A stretch of 63,066 nt of DNA, counting the filler, from Asterionella formosa (taxonomy: Eukaryota), in assembly GCA_002256025.1 (NCBI GenBank). It is 16 parts of 16 records of this genome, joined end to end, with 100 filler letters (N's around TTAATTAATTAA, not from the genome) between each part and the next. Parts side by side here need not be neighbours in the genome. Positions count along the whole stretch, not along the records: positions 1 to 21,574 come from NKIB01003003.1; positions 21,675 to 43,239 come from NKIB01003006.1; 14 more parts are not named here. One strand, written 5' to 3'. The position numbers were made by a program, and so were the translations under genes. A model generated the notes under the pieces. The model worked only from the letters and a program-made list of their open reading frames with translations, was not told where the DNA came from and made no database searches. This document shows, in pieces, positions 12,837 through 27,097 of the stretch (its first letter is position 1; each line of letters begins with the position of its first letter).

Positions 12837-14550
12837 TTCTCTTGCTACCTGCCTTTGACCAACAATACATTTGCCTCATCACTATTCCACCAGACATCAC
12901 TCTCCTTCTAGGGGATATTCAAAACAATGATATCGAAATTGCTACTGATGGCTCAGTTCGTAACCCCCAAGGCTCCTATGCCTGGATTATCCATGGTCGT
13001 ACCAGCGGGGTCCAGCTCTATGGCATCAATCTCACTGGCCCAACAGCCACTTCTCTTACCTCTTTTCGCACTGAGTGTTGCGGATCTTTAGGCGCTACTC
13101 TGGCCCTACGGGCCCTCCTCATCCATTTCAACCTCCTTACCCCACCTTTCCCTTACACGGCTCGAGCCCACATCGACAATCAAGACCTATTCTCCCATCT
13201 AACTCTTCGACACACCCATTTAATCCACCACACTTTTCGGTCTAACTGTGATCTCATTTATCAGCTCTTAGAGTCCTAGACACTATCCCAGTGGACATCC
13301 AGGCTCTCTACATCAAGGGTCATTGAGACAACAACAAACCTTATTGCTCCCTTACTTTACCAGCCAAACTTAACATTCAGGCTGATGCACTAACTCACAC
13401 TGCCTACAGCCACTGCACACAACCCACTCCATTTCTTTTATCTCCATTAGTCCCCGCCACTTTACTGATTGACAACACCCCTGTCACCTCAAATCTCTTC
13501 TCCACGTCCATAACATCCTATTACAAACCCAAACAATACTTCGAGTCCAAACAAGGTTGGACTACAGCTATCTCAGACACTGTCGACTGGCCCTACTCCT
13601 CCAGTGCCTCCAAAAAACTCTCCAATGGCTTGAAAAGTGGCCATGTTCAAACTAACCAATGGTCAATGGCCAACTAATCTCACCCTCCATCGACGGGGAC
13701 ACTCATTATCCCCCATCTGTCCTCGCTGCAACTCCCTGCCAGAGTCACACTCTCACGTTCAATGTTGCGCAGCATCTACCAACATCCGGGACCCTAATTG
13801 CACTGCCATTGCGGAAACACTCAAGACCACACTCGCTCCGCACCCCTCCCCACATCGTATGGCCTACAATCCTGGGAATGGGGAGACACTACCCCTCTAT
13901 GGCCTTTTCCTACCCTACTTCTCTCTGACGCTCTCCAATTTACAGCCTACACCGCATTCCAACAGCAAACCGCACTAGGCTGGTATCACTTGCTCCGCAG
14001 CCACATCCCACTCGCTCTTTTGCGGAATTTCCATTACCACCTACCACTCACAAAGATTCCCCGAGAAGACCTACAACCCTACAATTTGGTCTTGTTGCTT
14101 TATTAATATTATTCGTTCTCATTCTATGGTGCAATGAAAAGACCGCAATGATTTTGTTCATGTCGCCTCGGCCACGGCCAAACAGGCACGCCGAGCCCGC
14201 ACCCTTCTGACCGCAGTAACATCCGCTTACTTAAATCAGTCATCCGTCCCAGCTGACGAAAGGGGACATATCTTTGGCCGACCACTGTCCTCTCGTCTGC
14301 TGAGCTCTCCCACATCTCTAGCCGCTTAATTAGCAACATATAAAGCTGGTCAAATCCGACTCATTCATCAACTCCGCCAAGATCAACGCCGGCAGGGCTC
14401 AATCCGCAACTTCCTCATTCAACGCGTTACCCCTCACCAACCATCACATCCATTCTGACACCATTCTCTTTTCTAAAAGGGCGCCACACGCCCTGGTGCG
14501 ACTCACCAAACTCCACACTAGTTGGGCATCCTCTAAGCGTACTTTAAAAT
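12837..14550 (+). mobile_element. 3' part of a non-LTR retrotransposon with RNase H and zf-RVT-like domain (Ambal-like), decayed
   Basis: RNase H motifs ATDGS, SFRTECCG, HIDNQ, YIKGH*D and LNIQADAL. Downstream CPRC...ESHSHVQCC and QQQTALGW. Confidence 0.8.
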
Positions 14551-14562
14551 TTACTAATCCAC

Positions 14563-15780
14563 TATGATGTACCAGTACACATGAAGAACTCCCGCCAAAA
14601 AAAGGGGCTTAAACAATTTGCTACCAAAATCCTTGCGTATAAATAATGATACAAATGAGTTATGACTAAGTACACCAATTTAATGGTCTAAATAATTAGT
14701 TCCAACGGACGTAGAAAATATTGATGAAAACAAATTTCAGAAACAGTACCAGTACACGAAGTCATGGAAAACAATGGACATATAGTGCATTGAATATTTT
14801 CGAATTATTTATTTGTAAATATGATCATCTCAATAATACCAGACGGTCCATATTGAGAGTGCCTTTGATTTTTATAAATGTACGACACTTGATATATTAA
14901 TATATTTACAAATTTTATAACTATGTACATGGCAAATATATTTGAAATCGCTCTGTCATGTCAACAAACAATGCCTACTTCATAAAAAGAAATATTGGAG
15001 TAAAGCGAATGACAAGAAAAGAATAATTTACGCAATAACGAAAAACATTGTGGCTTTGACACATTGCGCCTTCGAAGGGCGGATGGAGTATGTTTAAGGT
15101 AATGAAGCCATCAATGTGGTACTTGGATGAAAATCGTTGGGAGGCAGGACAACAACAAATTTTAAACTAAACGCACATTTCCTTTCTTCTCAGTTAAATC
15201 AACAGCTCGTTTTGCTTGTTGGGGAGCACCAATATAAAACAAAACAAAACAAAGTTGGTAAGTGATCTTGTCATTTGACTTATTCACTTCTGATGGAACA
15301 TCACTGACGGACACGCCACTTTACCTTCTCTCAAAGTTAAGCTAACGAAAATGAATCGGTAAGTTTTATTTGGCAACATTGGAAACCTGAAACTTACTTA
15401 TTGAAGAATTTACTGACAATTTACTATTACAGACTTATACATCACTTGCTTTGATTTGGCTGTGGTAAGTGAAGCAAGCAAGAAGATACGATGGAATGGC
15501 GTGATGTTGTGTCAGTGTAACATGTCTAGCTAACAAGTCGTTTCTTCTCATTGTTACTGTAAATGCGTAGGACAATAAAATCGATCAAAAGGAATAGCCG
15601 GCGAGTTCAGAATGACACTAACAGCAGGGAATGAGACGCAACATTATTAAGGCATTGCTTGGCACAAGATTGTTTTGATCAAAAAATTATCATATATACG
15701 AAAATCCTGTGCCACTTATTATCAGATGATCACAATCCTATGATGCATCATGGAAATATGATAGCTTTTATTTGCAGACG
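14563..15780 (+). mobile_element. Opposite (transposase-proximal) subterminal arm of the Plavaka-type element, ending in the TIR
   Basis: Homologous to 40678-41410, 45506-46075 and 56092-57200. Ends ...TTTGCAGACG at 15780, followed by TA. Confidence 0.75.
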
Positions 15781-15847
15781 TAATAAAGTCATCAATATCC
15801 ATAGTTTGGAGGTTAGATTCTTTTAGACAAGCTGGTGTGTCATGAAT
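15781..15847 (-). mobile_element. Short internal fragment of the same element family (target of the insertion ending at 15780)
   Basis: TAATAAAGTCATCAATATCCATAG...GCTGGTGTGTCATGAAT matches 39928-39994 and 22101-22167. Confidence 0.75.
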
Positions 15848-15849
15848 AT

Positions 15850-16930
15850 ACGATTGATTTGATTTCAAATCATGTCAATCACAGGGATAGGGTTAAGATG
15901 AGAGAGTGTCAGAGAGTACAAGTATCTTGGTGCCTGGTGAGTGATCTTGCACATCAATACAGATGTATATAGGGTTAGTGTTATATCATATACATCAGAA
16001 CTCAATAATGAGAGAAATCAAATGACCCTTATTGTATACTTTGTTGTCGACTAAGAGAACGAGTTACACACAAGGATTAACAATTAAGCTCATATGTTCC
16101 ACAAATACTACTGCTTTTAGTTAGATACTTCACTTTGAATTCAAAAAGATTCCAATTAGAATTAATAATGTTAATGTCCTCTCAAGTTCCAGTGGTCCCA
16201 TTGATGAAGGATAAAAACATACTAAACATCAAGATTCAAACCACTTTGTGTAACCTTACAGGCCAGGTCGACATTTGGAGTCTTACAGCAAAGATATGAT
16301 CAATTGACGCTCAGGGGAAGCTTTTTGATTGATTCTAGTAAATCCTGTGACAACATATATCTTCAGTCCAGCAGATTGCTTGCTAGTTCTCCTATTGCTA
16401 CAGAATATGCTTTATTGATATCACCTTGTCTGACTGGATGAGCGTTGTAATGCACCCAAATACTGAGTCCTTTGACACTTTCTACAAAATTATGGTGAGG
16501 GGGCTGAAGCATTATTGTACTCATGACATGTTCCTTTGAAACTCAGCATCAGCTGATGTAGCTTTTCTGATAAAACTCGATAAAAGCGTTCAATGTGCTG
16601 TTGATGAATGTCACTGCCTGTCTCAAGACCTTATTGAATTTCCTAGAACTTGTGATAACTCATCCAGAAGATCAAGAGGTTTCCGCCAAGGAAGATTTGA
16701 GGTTGATTGTCATTTTGCTTGATTGACAATGCGTGGCAACAAGTGTTTAAATGGAACAATGAAAAGGACACAAAATAATTGATTCGCTTGGTTACTTACT
16801 TCAAGAGTCAACAATCATTCAAAGATCAACTCAAGCAAATCCTCAAGCATGAGTTCTACCATCAGCCGAAATCGACTTCGCATCGCTGAAGGCAATTGTG
16901 TTCTGTCGAGAGAACGCGCGTGCCTGGTGT
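15850..16930 (-). mobile_element. Highly decayed coding-like sequence, possibly non-LTR ORF1
   Basis: Coding-like composition with many stops; no diagnostic motif. Confidence 0.25.
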
Positions 16931-17949
16931 CAATTTTCTAAAACCCAAAATCGTATATACATAGTTGAAGTTGAAGATAATCCAGTGCAGCCGGCCACGC
17001 ATGGGATATGATATAACGGTCAAACATAAGGTTCATGGATTACTAACACTACTAACCTTGTTCCTGTTCCTGTTCCTCTGGCGTAGAAATTCTATGCGGA
17101 GCAAATATCATACTAACACAGCTTACTCTATTCATGTTTTTCCTCCATGCATGTTTTATACAACAAGCAAATCCATGGGTTAACCCTATGATGATGTCTG
17201 GTTAGGGTACTGTGCCAAGGGCCATACCTGCCGACTTTTATGAATCTGCCCAGGAAATTTTAGTTGTCATAAACCCTCCTGTTGGTCAGGTAGTGGCCGA
17301 TGTGCCTATTAAAAACCAGCAGAATGCTGAACAGATCGCCTTAACAGAAGTATGTGCAACAATAGCAACAATGCTATGAATTTAATCATATACATACATA
17401 TATAATTTTATGAGCAACAGCACATTGAATACGTCTTACGTCGATCATTACCTGAATAACTTTGGTTATTTACAGGATAATTACAGGTTGGATATCACCG
17501 CTATTGTAACGCGGGATATTTTAAAATGCAAAGGTAGATTCAATATATCATTCCATATGCACATCTCAAGGCCTGATTCTAGTCTCATTCTTTCTTTGCC
17601 TAAGAATGCATAAGCTTAATTGCATTTCATTCTCATGTCATTAGCAACCCAAGGATTGGTGGCTGCATTATATATACATGACATAAGATGAATGTTACTT
17701 GATTGCGGTGGTTCCTGATCTTTAACTTATGAATCGATTGTACTTCAGGACATTTCGTTGTAAATCGAACATTTATAATCAATATATACCATGCATAGAA
17801 GGTATGATCCCATCTTTTCTTCCTTTGCCAGTACTCTTTCATAAAACATGCATGATGCTTTCAAAATTTAATCCGTCAGCTTGTATCCTGCAACAAAACT
17901 ACCTGGTCTTAGAAAAAATCAATTTGTCCAGCTGGTTAATTTATGATGG

Positions 17950-19350
17950 ATTTTGTACAAAATAATATGTCCTATGTGGTGGATATATCAGTGTTTTTCT
18001 GCATGTCCTTGATTCTTATAATGATATAGAACATTTACATAATGGATTGTTCTATTTTGATACATCTATCAAGGATTATGTTTATGCATGGAGTATTAAA
18101 GCTGCTAACTATACAGATACGGAAAGCTGCTGTTATGGCTGAAATAAATGTATTTAACAACAAGTCATCTAGTGCAATTCCGAATGAAATGTTCTAATGA
18201 AAAAACTGGCTTATTGGGATATCGATAAACTCCAACCGACTTCAAATTTTGGTCTTCAAAATTAAAAAAGTATTTACATGGAACTGGTCCATTTGTAGGG
18301 TTACCTATGCATTCATCAACAAGCTTTGAATCAATGAAAGCATTGTTAGTTGCAGATACACTCATGAGTTATCCTGATTGTTATTTTCCTTTCCATTTTT
18401 TTAATAATGTTTCTGATTTTCAATTAAGAAACTTTCAAAGAATTTCGCTCTATTTTATTGAATGCGGTTCTACATGTTCACTGATCATCGTATTTTTATC
18501 TATATTACCCTACACAGAAACTCAACGTGTTCTCCGGTGGAGACTTTATATTAAAGAATATCTTCTTACTTTTCACAATATGAAGGGTACTGATAATGTC
18601 AAATATTATATATTCTATCTCTCGCCTCCCGGGGCTTGAGTCTTTGGTGGGGGATGATATTAGGCCGAAATCTTCAGCATCAACATCCACTTCTACTTTC
18701 TCAATTGAATTAGTTGGGCCAAACCTTCAGCATCAACATCCACTTCTATTTTCTCAATTGAATTAGATGATTAAGCTGTGTTTACCTGCTTCCTCAATCT
18801 TCCAATCTTGGCAGACAATATTCAATATACTCTGGATTATAATTCAGTACATGATAAACAATTGCTGGATATACAATTGATTCTCAATCAAACAACACAA
18901 CTCATTCTCAATCAACAAACACATCCGTTAAATTTCCCTCTATCAATTTTCATGATATACATTCAATATTTTTTGTGAAGAATCCAGGAGATACTTGGCA
19001 TATTGCTATTCCTAAATCACTATTGAATCCTATTATTAATTGGTATCATCAGATATTAGCTCATGTGGGTTATAACAAGATGAAATGCTACATTTTCTAC
19101 ATATTTTCATTACCCTCCATTAAAAGCAAGAGTGAAACATATTGCAAGCAGACATGAAACATGTTAAAACGTACAAAACTACCTGGTGCTGGTTTTTGGT
19201 GAACTTCCACCAAGGAATGCAATGTTTTTACAATGCTCAGAAGTCACAGTGGATTTCATTGGTCCATGGAAGATAACAGTGACTGCACAAGCGATTGAAT
19301 TTCGTGCTCTAACTTGAGTTAACACAGTCACCAATTTACCAGAAATCTCA
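17950..19350 (+). mobile_element. Ty3/Gypsy pol remnant (RNase H and integrase)
   Basis: FESMKALLVADTLMSYPD..PF and QRVLRWRLYIKEY..FHNMKGTDNV (RNase H region). IINWYHQILAHVG (integrase Zn-binding) and VTVDFIGPW (integrase core). Confidence 0.8.
18665..18765 (+). repeat. Tandem duplication, about 53-bp period
   Basis: CTTCAGCATCAACATCCACTTCTA.TTTCTCAATTGAATTAG occurs twice. Confidence 0.85.
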
Positions 19351-19399
19351 CATATCTCCAGCAACAACTCTCCACCCTTGCCCACACTCAATTGAATAT

Positions 19400-20825
19400 C
19401 GTTGTTCCATTGGCGCCAAATTGATTCCTATAGTCAAAGGTCACGCAATTACCATCTGCAATGCACCCCCCTACCAATCTAGATCCCGTCGCCTTCTCCA
19501 AGAGGTCCTCTCCCTAGAAGAGCAAAACAAATTCCCCTCCAGATATCCATTCCAACACACTATGATATTTTTATCCCCACACTTTCTGGGTTTATCAGAC
19601 CAGACTTATTCCTTGAAGCTCCAAGAACAGGAGGAATTTCATCACAATGAAGAAGCAGTTAAAGTCACTGGTCTCCTTCCCCTGACACACAACTTCCCAG
19701 ATACCAATGAAACCCTTGGTAGTGCCCTTCTTAGTTTCTCTGAGCCTTCTCCAGGCTCCCAATATCTCATCCACAGCATTGAGTCAGATGCCTCTTACCC
19801 ATCTGCCCTCTATTTATGCAGACATTATGCCAATGTCAGCTACCTTGAATCTTTCAAAGAGGCACTCTTCCCAACACTGAAGACCAAATTCACCACAATT
19901 TCCTCCTCCAATATGTGGCATGCCCCTAATCATCACCATTCCCATCAGACCTTGGATGATCTTTTGTCCTGTTCCACTACTGCTTTATCCTCTCTTCTCC
20001 AATACTCCCCCTATGGCTCCCCCATCAATCCCCCACTACCTCCTTGAGCACCAGACCCAGCTTCTCCCAGAGCAGCAACAGAAGTGGTTGTGGCCCTAGA
20101 CGCAGCACCACCGGCCCTCGCATGCAATCATCCAAATGCCGCCTATCCAACTCATTGCCCTCTCCCTCCCAATCTTGTAACACTGGTCCCACCTCCTTGT
20201 CCAGCAATACAACCCTTTCCACCACCCTTGATTCTATTCAACCTCATATCTCCACAATCATGTCAAATATGGCTCTTCTCCAGGCTCAGGTTGAAACTTT
20301 CTCCACTTGCCTGGAGACTCAAATCTCACTCTCGCCTGGAGACTCAAATCTCAATCTCACCTAACACTCTTCCCATTCTTGATGTCAACACAATCACTGC
20401 CCTTGTTGACTCCTACTTCGACCACTTTACTTCCACTCTTTCTATTCCAGCCATCCAGGATGCCATCTCCTCAACTATCACCACGTCTATACACAAAAAT
20501 GTTCTCCCTCACCTCCAAAATATCATCGCCTCTCAAGTGGCATCCACCCTCTCTTCTAGCGCATTTGGGACAGCCATCTCCAACAATATTTGTGACCAAT
20601 TGCAATTTCTTTTTCCAGTACCCCCAATCTCACTTGAAGAAACCTAAGAGTCATCTCTCCCCACACCTATGCAAATTGGGGGAGACGACGGATGTAATTA
20701 GTCAAATTGGCAACTCTGCTCCAGTCGGCAAGCAGATGGTGCCTACTCTGACTGATAAACCCAAATCTTCCTCTCTCTCATCATTTCTTCTTTGCGCCTA
20801 TACTCCCTTTACCCCTACATATTCT
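19400..20825 (+). mobile_element. C-rich decayed retroelement ORF (possibly non-LTR ORF1)
   Basis: Long C/T-rich ORFs 19421..20047 and 20084..20647, with composition like the neighbouring retroelements; no diagnostic motif. Confidence 0.35.
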
Positions 20826-21574
20826 ACAACGCTTGCTTCCGATCCTGGGGAGCCAAAGCATTACAAGGAGGCTATGAAAGGAGACGAGAGCAAGCAGTGG
20901 ACCGTTGCTATTAAAAGTGAAATCAACAATTTCTACAAGCGAAATGTTTGGAAAATGGTTCCTCGTGACAATCTCAAGGGCAGAAAACCCTTAGGCACAC
21001 GCTGGGTATTCAAGAAGAAATCCGAGCAGGATAAGAGTATTCGATACAAAGGACGTATTGTAGTGAAAGGCTACGTTCAGATCCCAGGACTGGATTTCAC
21101 TGATTCATTTGCTCCAGTTGCAACAGATGCTTCAATGCGTATGATATTCGCTCTCTCGTTATACAAATGGGATAAGTCTGAAGAAATACGATGGGTTTGT
21201 GAAATCATTGATGTTGAAGCTGCTTTTCTTGAAGGAGACATGGAAGAGCAAATCTATATTGAATGGCCAGATGGGGTTTTAGACTTTGGTTTCGAAACAT
21301 AAGAAACAATGAAAAACAAATGCATTAAGTTGGAGAAGGCCATGTATGGCACAGTTCAAGCAGCGCTACAATTCTTCAAGAGGATGGTTCAAAACTTAAC
21401 CAAAGTTGGATTGAGGCAAAGCAAGGTCGACCCATGTGTATTCTTCTACATGTCGATGATTGTGCAATTGCTGGAAAGCCAAATGATATTAATTGGTTCA
21501 AAAATGAAATCAAGAAACACTTCACAATTAAGGAGCTTGGCCCTTTGAAGAAGCATTTGAGAGTGTGGTACGAT
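20826..21574 (+). mobile_element. Ty1/Copia reverse transcriptase (RVT_2) fragment
   Basis: EPKHYKEAM, PLGTRWVFKKK, YKGRIVVKGYVQIPGLDFTDSFAPV, IDVEAAFL, LEKAMYG, LLHVDD. One in-frame stop and one frameshift; runs into the gap. Confidence 0.93.
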
Positions 21575-21674
21575 NNNNNNNNNNNNNNNNNNNNNNNNNN
21601 NNNNNNNNNNNNNNNNNNTTAATTAATTAANNNNNNNNNNNNNNNNNNNNNNNNNNNNNNNNNNNNNNNNNNNN
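21575..21674. other. Artificial contig spacer (first of 15)
   Basis: 44N-TTAATTAATTAA-44N. Repeated at 43240, 44658, 46076, 47493, 48910, 50327, 51743, 53160, 54576, 55992, 57407, 58822, 60237 and 61652. Confidence 0.97.
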
Positions 21675-21756
21675 GATGTTGTGAAATTCTTAGTTGAGCA
21701 ATATCCTTATTCTGTCAAGTAAAAGGATCATTGCGATGGAGCTCTTCCTTTGAGTC

Positions 21757-21862
21757 TGCATGTGTGCATGTGTGCATGTGTGCATGTGTGCATGTGTGCG
21801 TGTGTGCGTGTGTGCGTGTGTGCATGTGTGCATGTGTGCGTGTGTGTGTGTGTGTGTGTGTG
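21757..21862. repeat. Compound microsatellite (TGCATGTG)n/(TGCGTGTG)n/(TG)n
   Basis: Directly visible. Confidence 0.95.
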
Positions 21863-23220
21863 ATGCTTCTGTACTGCCATTGATCAGAACCAACAAAACG
21901 TGATTGCAATTCACACTGTGCCCAAAGACTTAGTTGAAATTTGGTCACACCAGATTTGCCTCCTGTTAGAAATGGTTCTCCATGGCTTGTCCTGCCTATA
22001 AACTACACTGGAGCAAGAATATCAAGCCAGACTTTGTATCCTTGGCTTCACCTGTCAATGTCCTTTGACTGCGCAAAATGATAAAGCGTCAACGCCCACC
22101 TAATAAAGTCATCTATATCCATAATCTGGAAGTTATATTCTGTTAGACCAGCTGGTGTGTCATGAATTATGTTAGCATTTTTAAATTCAAACATATTTGA
22201 TAAGAATATAATCACCGACTCAAAACATCATGCTTTCGGAGCATCTCCCTGCAAGAACTTACCTAAGATTCCTTTAAATTGATTATTCAATACATTCTGA
22301 CATTCTCTCAACTTTTTAATGCACATGCCACCAAAAGTTGATTTGATTCAATATAAAAGTGCCTTGTTGATACGTTCAATGGTCTGATTCATCGGAAGCA
22401 GTGCATTGGAACCATTCCATATGAAATCGGCAAGCTCTGGGTCATTCTCCACTTCTTTGCCTACTAACTCCGGTTTCACTGTATATAGTCGACATAGGCA
22501 ACATTGAGCAAACTAATCCTGTTTGTGATTGGAAATGCCTTTCATAGTACTACTACTTGGACCAGATAGGCAGGGCGGGATGTTTGATTCTCTTTTGGGA
22601 ACAGAAAAAAGCACATTTGATTGATATTCTGTTTTACAGTACCTGCAATTCACAAACTATAACATCAAACTTACATGTTCACAGCAAAACTTCTTGGTCT
22701 TGAATATAAAACTCACAACCTTTGTGACAATTGATGGTTCAATTTTAGCTAAGCGACGAGAACGACGTTCTGATAAGGCTGCTGAAATGGAAGAGTCTTG
22801 ATAACCTCGTATGGACGAGTTTTGAACCGAATTACGACCTTTGTAGTGATTGAGTTCATTGACCAATTGATAATATCCTTTGGCAAATACAAAATGTTTT
22901 TCCCTCAGGTTGTCATGTACTTGTTGGTCCGTGCGATTAGAAAATTTATGATATGGTACCATGTCGTCCATATGCATCCGGGAGTTATTAATGTCATCAT
23001 CGACAGGAGCCATTTTTCTTGTATCAACAACTGAAGTAGAAACGTCATCATTGCTGTCAGTATCAATTACGGGATCCTTTGTACTAGTAGCTGATGGTGT
23101 CCCCATCTACGATGGGGTATTACCCCCAACGTCTCCCAATCGCCGATTGGGTTGCTTTGGATAATCGCCTATTCGCTTTTTCTTTGTAAACTCATTTTGG
23201 AACTTGCTTCTTTGTTCAAT
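21863..23220 (-). mobile_element. Plavaka-type element fragment (upstream ORF region)
   Basis: Inverted homolog of about 99-1452. Confidence 0.9.
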
Positions 23221-25250
23221 CAAAAAAGGAAGAGGAGGCTAGTAATGGGGCAGGGGAAAAGGAAGGAGACAATCAGAGGAGTCGTCAACCGGAAGGGCAA
23301 AAGTAGGAAAATGGAGGTAGCAGCCATAGGAGTCACCAATGAAGGTGCACCCAGATCCACGGCGGCGATGAACACGGATGGAGAGTAGGGGTGGTATATC
23401 AAGGCCAGGGACATGAAGGCAGTTAGACAACCGGACAAAGTAGCCCCTGAGTTGAATGGCAACTTTACCACGACCAGAGGAGGAGAGAGGTTTGGGAACA
23501 ATGGAGAAACGGGAGGCAACCAGACTACATGCAGCAAGGTTGTGATAATTGCAGCGATGGATGGGACATTTGAATTGCTGCATAGCCCTGGCCTGGGGGG
23601 TATTGAAGGAAGTGGTCCCAATCCATGCGGTTGGGGAGGTTGAGGAGTCAGAGGAGGAAGGAGCAGCATTACGGTGACCTGTGTGAGCCATCTTGGAGGA
23701 GTCAACCCCAGGGGTGTTGGTGTATATCTTGGCAGAAGCAGTCAGTGTGCTGACCAGGGTCATGGTGGTGATGTCCTTCTGGTGTAAGAGGTAGGATTGG
23801 ACAAAGGCATGAAAAGCAGGACCAAGAGCCAATAGAAAACGATAACAAATGAATGGTTCTGTGAATAATTGGCCAGCATCCACCGCCTTTGAAACAAGCT
23901 CACAGGTGCGGAATGAAAGTTGGAGGGGTTCCTCTTTATCCTTCTGGAAGAGATTGTCCCAAGCTGTCAAAAGGTTGATAAGCAAGTAGGAATGTGAAAC
24001 TCGATAACATTTGGGGACTTCAGCAAGGAGACCAATTCCATTGTGGAGTATATCATTACAGCTGCGCCAATGATCAGCAGCTTGGTCATGGAGGGCCACA
24101 ATGAGAACCAAATACAATGCCTGGGAGAGAGATTCATATGAGGGATCATCAGGAGAGGCAAGGTGGATGTGGCGCCAAATTGTGGTGCTCAGATGGGTGG
24201 TCAACATGGTGTATCACTCATTGAATTTTGTAGGATCCCCATTGAGCAAAGCATGGAATGCTCATGGAAAGCTCCTTTTTATTATCTGAAGATGCATGTA
24301 TCTGAAGATGTAATGGAGGCCACAAGGGCAGCCTGGATATCGGCCTTAGTGGCAACTGTGGCAACAGAGGCAGCATGGGAATATACATTGGTGAAGGAAT
24401 CAGCTGCAGAGGCCAAGCCACTAGACTGAACAGGGAGAAGGGGGATGGGGGAGGACTGGGGGGATTCATAGGGGGAATGAAAGGAGAGGTCCTTAATGGG
24501 AGAAGAGCGTGACACCGGGAAGGCAGGTGCAGACAGGAAATGGGTAGGGGCCGATGAGGGAAAGGTACATGAGGCTGGGAGAAGAGGGCCTGATAGAAGA
24601 GGGCAGGGTCCAGACCAAGATGGCCAAAAGGGATGGAGGCAGCAAGGGGGCCACAACCAGGGATAGGGGCATATGCATGGGTCAATGTCACCAGCATGCT
24701 GAAGGCATGACCCCTGAGCAGCAGAAGAAAAATCGTTAAAACCACCAACGTGGCCCCAAATTGGACCCCAGTGGTAGCCAGCAGTCAATGCCCATGCAAG
24801 AGGCCAGCTGTGAAAGATGCCGCAGGGGCAGCCATGATATAGAGTGAGCCGAGCAAGTATGGGGTGGTGGGTAGGGAGGACTCATAGAGAAAGGGGCTGA
24901 ATAGCGAAGAGGAGGCGCACACATGCGGGGTTCCATAGTAGCAAACTTGGATGATGAGGGTGGGAAAAAATGCGGAAGTGGAGCATTAGTGGAGAACTGG
25001 TGATGGCAGGTAGGGTTAGGGTTCTGGTTAGGGTTAGGGTTAAGCGGTGCCACCAAAAGTTCACGATGGGGATGGGGAAATAATGCACCAGCATTGTGTT
25101 GTTGCCATGCAGCCATTTCGCCACTGAATGCAGCTGCATCACTGTCATTGGCATCATGAGGCAATGGAGATCGCATGATGGAGGGAAGTCTGGTAAGGGA
25201 CTAGTAACCTGTGTGTGTTGAGAGGGAGAAACGCTTTCAACAGATGCCAG
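23221..25250 (-). mobile_element. LTR retrotransposon gag-like remnant (probably Copia)
   Basis: ORF 23239..24207 has a helical gag-like core and a knuckle-like CPIHRCNYHNLAAC. Pro/Ser-rich N-terminal ORFs upstream. Confidence 0.55.
25011..25042 (+). repeat. Short interstitial telomere-like (TTAGGG)n tract
   Basis: TAGGGTTAGGGTTCTGGTTAGGGTTAGGGTTA. Confidence 0.7.
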
Positions 25251-25331
25251 TGGCAGCTACATTAACAAGGAACTGAGATTCTAAAGTAGTATTTAACTAG
25301 CTGTAGAGGGACCAGTACTCACGGGAATTAA

Positions 25332-26532
25332 GGTTGCGGCCCCGCAGTTACAAATTGCGAGGTCCATTTTTTCCCAAAATATTTTTTTGATGATGTACGT
25401 CAATCCACACATCACGTACAAGTAATTATATTAATTAAAGGTAAAATTAGCTTTCACCATTACGACCACTTTGCATATGCTTAGATACTGTCATTGCTCG
25501 ACTTAGGGGTATGATCTATATACAGATATGGTAAGGACCCCATTTCTGGAGAGAAGTGGCAGTTATATATCATAGATTTGTAACTTCCGCAAAAATGGTC
25601 AAAAAAGGGGCTACGAAGCTTTTCAAAAAATCTACAATAGATAACTGCCACTTCTATCTAGAAGTTAACTCCTGACGTAATAGGGTACACGGCTATCTAT
25701 TTTAATCGTCATGAAACCCCGTAGATGTAGAGCAATCCTCTTCCAAAAAGTCGACCTGATCGGCTTTTTCATCAGTCGCCAAAATATTGGAATCGGAATC
25801 AGTACGTGCAAAAACGTTCTTGTAGACTTTGAGTCTTGTGTAGATATGTTTTGCTGAATAATTCTGTCCGAAAAGACTCCAGGGTAAGTTCCCGCATCGC
25901 TACACATATTCTGATTAGTTGAATTGAATTTACTCACCTGCTCCAGATCGGCTGGAGTATCCCGGTCTTTTAAAATTATGCCATCCATACTTGAACCACA
26001 TGTATTAGATGCTCTGTGTACCGGTACCTGGTACCAGGTACCGGTAGGTGAAATAAGTACTACCGGTAGTTTCTGTTTCATCATCCACTGTCATTGACCA
26101 AGATTATGAACTACCGGTATCAGGTACCCTGGTACCCTGGTACACCGTTACTCCGGTATTGGTTTACATACCGGTATGTGCCTTTGAGTGTAGAGTGAAA
26201 TTAAATCTACAGTCAGCAACTAAGATTCAAAATAAACGCAAAAAAATATCATGAGTATACATTTAGGCACACTCCTGATTTATATATGTGTTTTGGCGTG
26301 GAACAAAATTATATTTACATTAAGCAACCTACATACAGTATAAACGTTTAAAAATGATTTTGTTTGTTTAAAATGGAACTCTATCTATCTGGCGCCGACT
26401 CCTATTTAATTCAAATATTCAAATGGACACTCGAATCATGGGAACTCATAGCAGCAAACTCCCTGTTCCATGCCGTTTTTACAACCCTAGTGACGTTTTC
26501 TCCAAACTAGGGTTTACCCGAGGGCCGCAACC
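25332..26532. mobile_element. PIF/Harbinger-like non-autonomous element (11-bp TIR, TAA TSD)
   Basis: TAA|GGTTGCGGCCC ... GGGCCGCAACC|TAA; no transposase ORF inside. Confidence 0.75.
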
Positions 26533-27097
26533 TAAGGCACTTACAGGAATCTTTGTAGGATACACGGAGTAACCGGGATATGGTACCAACAATTACCCAC
26601 TCAAAGAGGACAAAAATGCACGCTGGTTCTACAGGCGGTAGTACGAGGCGCCTGCATGTCTTAACACACAGACCTCGCAGGACTACACCTAATATGCGTG
26701 GCTGGGTATTTTACCAAAGCGCTACAGTACAACTCCAGGAAGCATTGCAGGAGTGTGTTGGATGTAGCAGATGGCAAGACAAACAAATCAGATGCCAAAT
26801 AAAAAGAATTATGCAATGCGACAAAAGGATACCGGTAAGGACAAAAGGATACCGGTAAGGAAAAATGATGACAACTGTACCACAGCTAGACCAAAATAGA
26901 TTGGTATCAAGAAAAAATACGACAAGCAAATTAAGAGCAACATGAAGGTGCTCATTCTATTTTAAATCTCTTGGTTAACAAATATTTTTGACCACCCTGA
27001 CTCTGTTTCACACCGGATCTGTTGCTTGATTGGCACAGAGGTGTTGCAACACGAACAGTGGTTTCAACATACCGGACCAGAAAAACGAGTGTGAATA

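Noticed and set aside
21690..21948. His/Thr-rich ORFs (HTHTHAHM)
   Set aside because: Translation of a microsatellite.
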